A DNA stretch of 64,000 nt from Candidatus Scatovicinus merdipullorum (lineage in GTDB: Bacteria; Bacillota; Clostridia; Oscillospirales; Acutalibacteraceae). The translations under genes and the position numbers were made by a program. Location: the NCBI GenBank assembly GCA_018712865.1, contig DVGH01000034.1, forward strand, positions 48,941 to 112,940, in the 5' to 3' direction. The notes beneath the pieces were generated by a model, which worked only from the letters and a program-made list of their open reading frames with translations, was not told the origin of the DNA and did no database searches. The stretch's first letter is position 1. Each line of letters opens with the position of its first letter. Shown piece after piece: positions 36,949 through 44,936 of this stretch.

Positions 36949-37119
36949 GTGGCATATGTAATAAATGATGATTGCATTTCCTGCGGCGCATGTGAGGCTG
37001 AATGTCCCGTTAGCGCTATTTCCGAAGGGGATGGAAAGTACGTAATAGACGCAGATACCTGCACAGAGTGCGGTGCATGCGCAGACACCTGCCCCGTAGG
37101 CGCTCCGCAGCAGGGTTGA
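36949..37119 (+). CDS. 2x[4Fe-4S] clostridial-type ferredoxin (56 aa, not in the ORF track)
   Basis: Read by hand: (GTG)M-AYVINDDCISCGACEAECPVSAISEGDGKYVIDADTCTECGACADTCPVGAPQQG. Two CxxCxxCxxxCP motifs. AAAGGAGGTG lies 9 nt upstream and a terminator follows. Confidence 0.9.
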   Translation: MAYVINDDCISCGACEAECPVSAISEGDGKYVIDADTCTECGACADTCPVGAPQQG

Positions 37120-37144
37120 TGACCTCCGTGTACATCAGAAAATA

Positions 37145-37184
37145 AACGGCAGGCTGCCACGTTTGGCCCTGCCGTTGTTTTTTT
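37145..37184 (+). terminator. Rho-independent terminator after ferredoxin
   Basis: AACGGCAGG ... CCTGCCGTT stem (14-nt loop) followed by GTTTTTTT. Confidence 0.75.
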
Positions 37185-37385
37185 ATTTATGGGCAGATGG
37201 CTTTTGTGCGGTTTGGACGATGCGCTGTAAAAAGCAATTTTATCTCCGCCCAAAATAAAAGATTCCATAGCAGTGAGACGCTGCCTGTTTTTAACCCGCA
37301 AACGCGGAAAATCACACAGGCATTGTCCCACCGCTTTTTTTTTGCTATAATAGACGCAAATCTTTTATACGGCAGGTGAACAAAT

Positions 37386-38120
37386 ATGGTTGGCGGCCAG
37401 CGTACAGAGCCCTTGGGAAACGGCGTGCAGGTCATTGTATCGGACGACCATCATTTTGCTACAGATACCGTGCTGCTTGCAGACTTTGCAAAGCCTGCAG
37501 CGCGTGAAAAGGCCGTCGATCTTGGCAGCGGGTGCGGTACAATTCCCCTTTTGTGGAACAGGGGGAACGCGCCTGCCCACACAGTGGCGGTTGAATTACA
37601 GCAGGAAGCCTGCAATATGCTTGTGCGCAGCATTGCAATAAATTGCCTGGAAGAAAAAATAACCGTCCTGCACGCAGACCTTCGCAGTCTGAAAGGCCTG
37701 CTGCCCTTTGGGGCTTTTGACCTGGTTGTATGCAACCCACCGTATAAAACACTGGGGAGCGGCCTTGTCAACCCCTCCCACGCGCAAAGGCTTGCACGTC
37801 ACGAATGCACCTGCACTGTTTTAGACGCCGCTATGGCGGCCTCCTCTCTGCTGCGCTTTGGCGGCCGGTTCTGCCTTTGCCAGCGGCCGGAGCGCCTTTG
37901 CGATTGTATCCAGGCCTTCCGGCAGGCGGGTCTGGAGCCAAAACGTCTGCGCTTTGTACAGCCGCGTGAAGACAAAGCCCCCAAGCTTTTTCTGATTGAG
38001 GCAAAAAAAGGCGCAAGGCCGGGCGGGCTTCGTACGGAACCCGCGCTTTTTATTGAGCGCAACGGCAGACTTTCCGATGAAATGCACGCAATCTACGGGT
38101 CTTATAAGGACGGACATTAA
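37386..38120 (+). CDS. SAM-dependent methyltransferase, YfiC/TrmN6 (B. subtilis YabB)-like
   Basis: DLGSGCGTIPLL motif I and NPPY motif (VVCNPPY). Lies upstream of rsmI as yabB-yabC does in Bacillus. Confidence 0.78.
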   Translation: MVGGQRTEPLGNGVQVIVSDDHHFATDTVLLADFAKPAAREKAVDLGSGCGTIPLLWNRGNAPAHTVAVELQQEACNMLVRSIAINCLEEKITVLHADLRSLKGLLPFGAFDLVVCNPPYKTLGSGLVNPSHAQRLARHECTCTVLDAAMAASSLLRFGGRFCLCQRPERLCDCIQAFRQAGLEPKRLRFVQPREDKAPKLFLIEAKKGARPGGLRTEPALFIERNGRLSDEMHAIYGSYKDGH

Positions 38121-38134
38121 GGAGGACAGCTTCT

Positions 38135-38971
38135 ATGGCGGGAACATTATATGTAGTTGGCACCCCCATCGGTAATCTGGGCGATCTGTCGCCGCGCGCC
38201 CTGCAAACACTGCAAGACGTAGATTTTATTGCGGCGGAGGACACGCGCGTCACCTTAAAGCTTTTGAACCATTTTTCCATAAAGAAGCCCATGATCAGCT
38301 ACTTTGAGCATAACAAGCTGCAACGCGGCGATGTAATCTGTACCAGAATAGAGGCTGGCGAAAACTGCGCTTTGGTTACAGACGCAGGCATGCCGGCAAT
38401 TTCCGACCCCGGGGAAGACCTGATACGGCAGTGCGCACAGCGCGGTATACAGGCGGTCGTTGTCCCGGGGCCCAGCGCCGTCGTGTCTGCGCTTGCATTG
38501 TCTGCACTGCCCACCGGGCGTTTTACCTTTGAAGGCTTTTTAAGCATGAACAAAAAAAGCAGGCGCGAACATCTGGCACAGCTTCAAGAAGAAACACGCA
38601 CCATGGTTTTTTACGAAGCGCCGCACAAGCTCCCCCACACGCTTGAAGACCTGTACCAAACCTTTGGCGACAGGCGGCTTTCCATTGTCCGTGAGCTTAC
38701 AAAGGTGCACGAACAGGTAATCCGCACCACGCTTAAAGACGCCGTACAGCATTATGCGCAGGGCCAGTTAAAAGGCGAGCTGGTCCTTGTAATAGAAGGA
38801 AAATCACAAGAACAACCGCAGCCCTGCCCGTTTGATCAGGCGCTTTTGCTTGCGCAAGAATATGTGGAACAGGGAATGTCCGCTTCTGAAGCGGCAAAAA
38901 CAGCGGCAAAATCCACAGGCCTAAAAAAAGGCGACCTTTACAAAGCGCTGCAAAACGGCAAACAACCGTAA
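38135..38971 (+). CDS. rsmI: 16S rRNA (cytidine1402-2'-O)-methyltransferase
   Basis: GTLYVVGTPIGNLGDLSPRA...IAAEDTR (tetrapyrrole-methylase fold signature). 278 aa. Confidence 0.93.
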   Translation: MAGTLYVVGTPIGNLGDLSPRALQTLQDVDFIAAEDTRVTLKLLNHFSIKKPMISYFEHNKLQRGDVICTRIEAGENCALVTDAGMPAISDPGEDLIRQCAQRGIQAVVVPGPSAVVSALALSALPTGRFTFEGFLSMNKKSRREHLAQLQEETRTMVFYEAPHKLPHTLEDLYQTFGDRRLSIVRELTKVHEQVIRTTLKDAVQHYAQGQLKGELVLVIEGKSQEQPQPCPFDQALLLAQEYVEQGMSASEAAKTAAKSTGLKKGDLYKALQNGKQP

Positions 38972-39008
38972 AAGCAAGGTAGTATTTTTTGAAAGGACGT
39001 AGCTTACA

Positions 39009-40295
39009 ATGACCTATCGGCAGGCTATCGATAAAATCAATTCTCTTCTGCGCTTTGGTTCGCGTCCCGGGCTTGACCGGATCACAAAGCTTTTGCAGCT
39101 TCTGGGAAATCCGCACAAGGGACTTTCCTGTGTCCATGTGGCAGGTACAAACGGCAAAGGCTCTGTCTGCGCACTGCTTTCCTCTGTACTGAAAAATGCA
39201 GGCTACAAAACGGGCTTGTTTATTTCCCCGTACGTGGTCGATTTTCGGGAGCGCATACAGATCAACGGCTGTATGATCCCAGAAACGCAGCTAAGCGAAA
39301 TAACCGAGCAAGTGCTGCCGTTTGTTGAGCAAATGGCAACACAAAATGAAATCATTACAGAATTTGAGTTGATTACCGCAATCGCTTTTTTATATTTCAA
39401 GCGCCAAAACTGCGATATCGTCGTATTGGAAACAGGCCTGGGCGGGCGCTTTGATTCTACCAACGTAATCCAAACGCCGCTTTGTTCCGTCATTACCTCT
39501 ATCGGTCTGGACCACACAGCTGTCCTGGGCGGCACGGTGGAGGAGATTGCGTTTGAAAAAAGCGGGATCATCAAGCCATACGGCAACACTGTTTTTTATC
39601 CGCAGCAGCCATCTGTCAACGCCGTAATTGAAAAAGCGGTAACAGAGCAAAAAAACACGCTTTTTTATGCAGACAATGTCCCGCTGTCACCCTTGGAAAG
39701 CACAATTGAAGGAACCACGCTGGACTACGGCGGGCAGCGCCTGCTGCTGCCGTTGATCGGCCGCCATCAAATCAAAAACGCCAAAACTGCTTTGCAAACA
39801 CTGCAGGTCCTGCAAAAAAGCGGGATTCCCATAAGCGCCTCCTCCATTACAGACGGCTTTGCACAGGTGTTTTTGCCAGCAAGGATGGAACTTTTAAGCC
39901 GCCGCCCCGTTGTTTTACTTGATGGTTCACACAATCCGGACGGGCTTTTAGCGCTTGCCGATGTCGTCCAAACCTATCTGCCCAATAAAAAAGCCGTATG
40001 CATTATGGGCATGCTGCGCGACAAGGACAGTATTTCATCCCTTTCCCACATAAGCGGGCTTTTTTCCACGCTGATCACCCTAACCCCGCAAAATCCACGG
40101 GCACTCCCTGCGCAAACACTTGCACAGGAGGCAAAAGCCTGTTTCCCAAATACGGTTGCAATGGAGGATCCTGCACAGGCCATCGAAAAAGCGCTTTCGC
40201 TTGCCGGGGCCGACGGCGCAGTCGTATGCTGCGGCTCCCTGTATTTGGCCGCACAGCTGCGCCCTGTTTTACTTAAGACAGTAAATAGAAATTAA
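39009..40295 (+). CDS. folC: Bifunctional folylpolyglutamate synthase/dihydrofolate synthase
   Basis: P-loop HVAGTNGKGS, ETGLGGRFDSTN, TSIGLDH, DGSHNPDG. 428 aa. Confidence 0.92.
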   Translation: MTYRQAIDKINSLLRFGSRPGLDRITKLLQLLGNPHKGLSCVHVAGTNGKGSVCALLSSVLKNAGYKTGLFISPYVVDFRERIQINGCMIPETQLSEITEQVLPFVEQMATQNEIITEFELITAIAFLYFKRQNCDIVVLETGLGGRFDSTNVIQTPLCSVITSIGLDHTAVLGGTVEEIAFEKSGIIKPYGNTVFYPQQPSVNAVIEKAVTEQKNTLFYADNVPLSPLESTIEGTTLDYGGQRLLLPLIGRHQIKNAKTALQTLQVLQKSGIPISASSITDGFAQVFLPARMELLSRRPVVLLDGSHNPDGLLALADVVQTYLPNKKAVCIMGMLRDKDSISSLSHISGLFSTLITLTPQNPRALPAQTLAQEAKACFPNTVAMEDPAQAIEKALSLAGADGAVVCCGSLYLAAQLRPVLLKTVNRN

Positions 40296-40335
40296 TTCAA
40301 AAATATGACAACCATATTCGATAAAAAATTTTTAT

Positions 40336-40370
40336 AAAATCATCTATTATTACTATCAGTAGATGATTTT
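40336..40370 (+). terminator. Symmetric hairpin downstream of folC (candidate terminator)
   Basis: AAAATCATCTA-13 nt-TAGATGATTTT, an 11-bp perfect stem with A/T tracts built into it. Confidence 0.45.
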
Positions 40371-40428
40371 ACTACGGAACAAAAAAACAACTCCTTTCTA
40401 CAACCGGCTTTTCAGAAAGGGCGCTGAA

Positions 40429-40466
40429 AATCATCTATCCACAGGATAGGTGATTTTTTTATTTTT
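40429..40466 (+). terminator. Rho-independent terminator in the folC-spoIIAA spacer
   Basis: AATCATCTATCC-aca-GGATAGGTGATT (12 bp, one G-U) followed by TTTTTTATTTTTT. Confidence 0.7.
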
Positions 40467-40552
40467 TCAGGTTTTTTTGTATTTCCCATGTATAATCTGC
40501 GTATTTTGGGGAATTTTAAAAAAATATGTAAATGTGAATCGGGGAATGTAAA

Positions 40553-40894
40553 ATGAATGTACAGCTTAGCTGTTCCAAAGGCGAGCTTACCGCCCTATTG
40601 CGCGGCGAAATTGACCATCATACAGCGCGCGAAATTCGAAAAGCGATCGACAGCGACATAGAACGCCTGCATCCATCCCTTTTAAAACTGGATTTTTCAA
40701 ATGTCCAGTTTATGGACAGCTCGGCCATTGGCTTAATCATGGGGCGCTTCCGTCTGATGCAGCTGACCGGAGGCTACGTAAAGGTCATTAACGTCCCACC
40801 GCATTTAAAACGCCTGATCGAGCTTTCCGGCGTGGGTGCTCTGGGCGTTTTGGAGTATAAGGGAAAAACAAAAGGAAAGGAAGTGCAAAAATGA
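40553..40894 (+). CDS. spoIIAA: Anti-sigma F factor antagonist (STAS domain)
   Basis: 113 aa. Phosphorylatable-Ser context FMDSSAIGLIMG. First gene of the spoIIA operon. Confidence 0.92.
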   Translation: MNVQLSCSKGELTALLRGEIDHHTAREIRKAIDSDIERLHPSLLKLDFSNVQFMDSSAIGLIMGRFRLMQLTGGYVKVINVPPHLKRLIELSGVGALGVLEYKGKTKGKEVQK

Positions 40895-41334
40895 AGCCGA
40901 TCAATGAAATGAAGCTGAGCTTCTTAAGCCGCAGTGCAAACGAAAGCTTTGCAAGAGCAGCAGTTTCCGCATTCATTTTACAGCTGGACCCCACAATTGG
41001 GGAAATGGCAGATATCAAAACTGCCGTATCAGAAGCTGTCACAAATTGCATTGTCCATGCATATGCCGGTACGTCAGGGATTATATACATAACGGCGCAA
41101 ATTTTTGAAAAAGGCAAGGTCGTTATTCGGGTGCGTGATAAAGGCTGCGGCATTGCGGACATCGAACAGGCGATGAAGCCGCTTTTCACAACCGGCGGCG
41201 ATGAACGGGCAGGGCTTGGGTTTGCAGTCATGACAAGCTTTACGGACAAGTTAAAGGTTACCTCCGCCCCACAAAAGGGCACAACCGTAACCATGACAAA
41301 ATTTCTGTCGCAGGATGTACAGCAAAATGCCTGA
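40891..41334 (+). CDS. spoIIAB: Anti-sigma F factor (serine kinase)
   Basis: GHKL motifs EAVTNCIVHAY, DKGCGI and GLGFAVM. 4-nt overlap with spoIIAA. Confidence 0.93.
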   Translation: MKPINEMKLSFLSRSANESFARAAVSAFILQLDPTIGEMADIKTAVSEAVTNCIVHAYAGTSGIIYITAQIFEKGKVVIRVRDKGCGIADIEQAMKPLFTTGGDERAGLGFAVMTSFTDKLKVTSAPQKGTTVTMTKFLSQDVQQNA

Positions 41335-41992
41335 AACTGTTGAAAAATCCTGTATCATACAGGAAAACCTTGGGCTGGTTCACGCCTGCGCAAAACGCTT
41401 CAAAGGCAGAGGCATAGAATACGACGACCTGTACAGCGCCGGGTGCCTGGGGCTTGTAAAAGCAGCCGGCCATTTCGACAGTACGCGTGGGTTCCAGTTT
41501 TCAACCTATGCCGTCCCCGTCATTTTAGGGGAGATCCGGCGCCTGTTTCGCGACGGCGGAACGGTCAAGGTCAGTCGCAGCTTAAAAGAGCTTTCGTTAA
41601 AGGCAAGCCGGGCTTGTACGGCTTTTATTGCAGAACACGGCAGGGAGCCCACCATCAACGAATTGGCCTCTCTTTTAAACATTGAACCACAGCAGGCGGC
41701 AGAAGCCCTAAACGCCGCTGCCAGGCCTGTTTCCCTTTCTGCCGATGAGGAAAACGGCGGTGGACAGCTGGACATCCCCACAGACGCGCCGGAAGAACGC
41801 CTGACAGAGCTGCTCTCTTTAAAGCAGGTTCTCCATGAGCTAAATGAACAGGACCGCATGCTGATTACCCTGCGTTTTTTTAAAAACCAAACACAAACGC
41901 AAACCGCACAGGCACTTTCCATGACACAGGTACAGGTTTCCCGCAGGGAAAAGAAAATCCTCCTGCTTCTGCGGGAAAAGCTTGCCGTTTAA
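41315..41992 (+). CDS. sigF: Sporulation sigma factor SigF
   Basis: Region 2 DDLYSAGCLGLVKAAGHFD...FSTYAVPVILGEIRR, region 3, and the region 4 HTH TQTAQALSMTQVQVSRREKK. The alternative start ATG 41327 cannot be excluded. Confidence 0.9.
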   Translation: MYSKMPETVEKSCIIQENLGLVHACAKRFKGRGIEYDDLYSAGCLGLVKAAGHFDSTRGFQFSTYAVPVILGEIRRLFRDGGTVKVSRSLKELSLKASRACTAFIAEHGREPTINELASLLNIEPQQAAEALNAAARPVSLSADEENGGGQLDIPTDAPEERLTELLSLKQVLHELNEQDRMLITLRFFKNQTQTQTAQALSMTQVQVSRREKKILLLLREKLAV

Positions 41993-42004
41993 TTTTTATA
42001 AAAA

Positions 42005-42046
42005 GGGCCTCCCGGCGCTGATACTTGCGCCGGGAGGCCCTTTTTT
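42005..42046. terminator. Bidirectional terminator between convergent sigF and metA
   Basis: GGGCCTCCCGGCGC-8 nt-GCGCCGGGAGGCCC (14-bp perfect stem) flanked by AAAA and TTTTTT. Confidence 0.88.
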
Positions 42047-42048
42047 CG

Positions 42049-42978
42049 CTATACAAACATCTTTTTTAAATCTTCCAGATCGTACGGCGTCTGCTGGTAC
42101 ACATAGTAATTCAGCCAGTTGGTATAAAGCAGCGTCGCATTGCTGCGCCACGTCATCGGCGGTGTTGCAGAAGGGTCGTCGTTTCTGAAGTAATTATAGG
42201 GGACCTGTGGGTTTAACCCCTTATTGACATCCCTGAAATACTCCGTTGCCAGCGTATTGCGGTCATATTCTGCATGTCCCATCACAAAAAACTGGCGTCC
42301 GTTTTTGTTACATACAACGGACACCCCAGCCATACGGGACGTAGCCAGGATCTCAAGCTCCGGATGCTGCTCCACATCCTCTCTTAAAACGCCTGTATAC
42401 CGCGAATGCGGAAGCGCAAACCGATCGTCAAACCCGCGCATAAGCGGGTGATTGGGGTTTAACACACGGTGGCTGTATATACCGCTGATCTTTCCGTCCA
42501 GCTCATACTTTGGAACACCAAAATGGTAATAAAGCCCCGCCTGCGCGCCCCAACAGATGTGGAATGTGGAATACACGTTCTTTTTGCTCCACTGCATAAT
42601 CAGGCACAGTTCTTCCCAGTAATCCACCTGCTCAAACGGCAGCAGCTCCACAGGCGCGCCCGTTATAATCATCCCGTCAAATTTCTGATCTTTGATTTCT
42701 TCAAATGTTTTATAAAAGGTTGTCAAATGGCGCTGGGAGGTATTTTTAGATACATGTGTGGCCATCTGCAAAAGCTCTATATCCACCTGCAATGGACTGT
42801 TGCCCAAAAGGCGCAAAAGCTGCGTCTCTGTTTCGACCTTTGTAGGCATAAGGTTTAAAATCACAATTTTTAAAGGACGGATATCCTGCATCATCGCCCG
42901 TTCAAGCGGCATGACAAATATGTTTTCCGACTCCAGTATCTTTCTGGCCGGCAAGTCGCTTTGAATCCTGATGGGCAT
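42049..42978 (-). CDS. metA: Homoserine O-acyltransferase (MetA family)
   Basis: [23 protein letters not shown]..., [10 protein letters not shown], active-site region [13 protein letters not shown]. 309 aa. Confidence 0.92.
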   Translation of the reverse strand: MPIRIQSDLPARKILESENIFVMPLERAMMQDIRPLKIVILNLMPTKVETETQLLRLLGNSPLQVDIELLQMATHVSKNTSQRHLTTFYKTFEEIKDQKFDGMIITGAPVELLPFEQVDYWEELCLIMQWSKKNVYSTFHICWGAQAGLYYHFGVPKYELDGKISGIYSHRVLNPNHPLMRGFDDRFALPHSRYTGVLREDVEQHPELEILATSRMAGVSVVCNKNGRQFFVMGHAEYDRNTLATEYFRDVNKGLNPQVPYNYFRNDDPSATPPMTWRSNATLLYTNWLNYYVYQQTPYDLEDLKKMFV

Positions 42979-43041
42979 CCAAAACCCCCTCCTTTCGCGC
43001 TTTACTTTTTCTTTGAATACCGTATTGGCCTGCTTGTGCTA

Positions 43042-44484
43042 TCAATAGGCCTTTCCCCACATAACCATACATTTTGCGGGCTTCCCGCAGCAAACACAGG
43101 TGTCGGAAATATGCTCCTGCGCAAAAGGAATACAGCGTGACCCTACGCCCGTTTTTTCTTTTACGCCATCCTCACAGGCTTCGCTGCCGCACCACATGGC
43201 CTTAACAAACCCGTCGCCTTTTTCTGCAAGCGCCTGGATGATTTCATCCATCGTTTTGCAGGTATATGTCCTTCTTTCCCTGTTTTCCAGCGCCTTTTGA
43301 TAAAGCCCACTATGTACTTGCGCAAGCTTTTCCTGCACGGCGCTTTCCAGCTCATCCAAAGAAACGACTGTCTTTTCACGGTTATGGCGGGTTACCAGCA
43401 CGCATTGGTTATTTTCTATGTCGCGCGGGCCAAGCTCTACGCGCACAGGCACGCCCTTCATTTCATATTCAGAAAATTTCCATCCCGGGCTGTTATCGCT
43501 GTCGTCAAGCTTCACGCGCACGCTCTTTTCCAGGCGGGTTTTCAGCTGCGCCGCCTTTTCTAAAACGCCCGGCTTATGTTGGGCAATCGGTATAATTACC
43601 GCCTGAATCGGCGCTACGGCAGGCGGCAATACAAGCCCGCTGTCGTCGCCGTGCGTCATAATAATCCCGCCAATCAGCCGCGTAGAAACACCCCACGAAG
43701 TCTGGAACGGATACGCCTGTTTATTTTCCTTGTTGGTATAGGTAATCTCAAAGGCTTTTGCAAACCCGTCGCCAAAATTATGCGACGTACCGGCCTGCAG
43801 CGCCTTTCCGTCATGCATAAGCGCTTCTATGGCGTAGGTGGCCTCTGCGCCTGCAAATTTGTCGCTGTCTGTCTTTCTGCCTTTAATAACCGGCATTGCC
43901 AGTGTATTTTCACAAAAATCGGCATATATCCCCAGCATGCGCTCTGTTTCCTCTTGCGCTTCCTGCGCAGTGGCATGGATGGTATGTCCTTCCTGCCATA
44001 AAAATTCCCTGCTGCGCAAAAAAGGACGCGTTGTCTTCTCCCAGCGCACAACGCTTACCCACTGGTTATAAAGCTTGGGCAAATCGCGCCAGCTTTGTAT
44101 AATATTCGCATAATGCTCGCAAAACAGCGTTTCAGACGTGGGCCGCACGCAAAGCCGGTCTTCCAGCTTTTCGTCGCCGCCGTGCGTAACCCAGGCTACC
44201 TCCGGGGCAAAGCCCTCAACGTGGTCCTTTTCCTTTTGCAGCAGACTTTCCGGAATAAACATGGGCATACACACGTTTTCATGCCCCGTAGCTTTAAACA
44301 TGCCGTCAAGAATATGCTGTATATTTTCCCATATCGCATAGCCGTAAGGGCGTATAACCATACAGCCTTTTACGCTTGTATACTCAATCAACTCCGCCTT
44401 TTTTACAATATCGGTATACCATTTTGCAAAATCCTCTTCCATAGAAGTAATAGATTCCACCATTTTCTTTTCTGCCATTTTCAT
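43042..44484 (-). CDS. proS: Proline--tRNA ligase (archaeal/eukaryote-like short form, about 480 aa)
   Basis: [19 protein letters not shown]..., class II motifs (...[12 protein letters not shown]..., ...GTSHNFG...), C-terminal Cys-rich zinc domain ending in KAY. The start could be ATG 44478. Confidence 0.93.
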   Translation of the reverse strand: MKMAEKKMVESITSMEEDFAKWYTDIVKKAELIEYTSVKGCMVIRPYGYAIWENIQHILDGMFKATGHENVCMPMFIPESLLQKEKDHVEGFAPEVAWVTHGGDEKLEDRLCVRPTSETLFCEHYANIIQSWRDLPKLYNQWVSVVRWEKTTRPFLRSREFLWQEGHTIHATAQEAQEETERMLGIYADFCENTLAMPVIKGRKTDSDKFAGAEATYAIEALMHDGKALQAGTSHNFGDGFAKAFEITYTNKENKQAYPFQTSWGVSTRLIGGIIMTHGDDSGLVLPPAVAPIQAVIIPIAQHKPGVLEKAAQLKTRLEKSVRVKLDDSDNSPGWKFSEYEMKGVPVRVELGPRDIENNQCVLVTRHNREKTVVSLDELESAVQEKLAQVHSGLYQKALENRERRTYTCKTMDEIIQALAEKGDGFVKAMWCGSEACEDGVKEKTGVGSRCIPFAQEHISDTCVCCGKPAKCMVMWGKAY

Positions 44485-44528
44485 CTGCCCTTTCGTTGTA
44501 CGTCGGTTTAAAACGCCGCAATATTTGT

Positions 44529-44557
44529 ATTATATCGGATTTCCCGTTCTTTTTCAA
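44529..44557 (-). promoter_or_regulatory. Sigma-A-type promoter of proS
   Basis: Minus strand TTGAAA-17 bp-TATAAT, about 45 nt upstream of the ATG. There is no room for a T-box leader. Confidence 0.65.
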
Positions 44558-44936
44558 TATATAAATCCAACCTTCCCTTGCTTTCCTATACTTATCAAAC
44601 CTATTTTTATCTAATGTGTTTTTATAAATTCAATTTTTCCATATTTTTCTTGCAGTTATTATTTTATACATTTTTTATATGTCAAAATTCACTATATATT
44701 TTTTACTCATTTTACTATGTATAAGACAAAAAATAACAAAAAAATGCACAAAATTTGCATATCAATATCGTTTACATTATGTACAATGAACATATAGGCT
44801 ACATTTTTCTGGTTGCCTATACAAAAATACGCATATATTTCATAGTCAAAAACTGATTTTTGCTGGCCTTAGATCACAATGGAATATAGAAAGCGTATAA
44901 AAACAAATTTTTTGGGGATGAAAAGAGGTTGTAAGG

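Noticed and set aside
40434-40442. DnaA-box-like CTATCCACA
   Set aside because: It is a single copy with one mismatch, embedded in the stem of a terminator hairpin. It is most simply explained by the hairpin sequence.
40336-40455. CRISPR-like repeat (the 12-mer AAAATCATCTAT recurs)
   Set aside because: There are only two direct copies plus one inverted copy, the repeats are far too short, spacing is irregular and there are no cas genes. They form hairpins instead.
42979-43041. SAM (S-box) riboswitch expected upstream of metA
   Set aside because: Only 63 nt separate the metA start from the proS stop, which is far too short for an S-box. metA is probably co-transcribed with proS or uses a promoter inside the proS 3' end.
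44485-44936. Possible T-box leader upstream of proS, since aminoacyl-tRNA synthetase genes in Firmicutes often have one
   Set aside because: A near-consensus TTGAAA-17-TATAAT promoter sits only about 45 nt from the start codon. I found no T-box motif (GGTGGTACCGCG-like), no specifier-loop architecture and no terminator/antiterminator pair on the minus strand. The remaining AT-rich DNA belongs to the divergent phosphatase promoter region.
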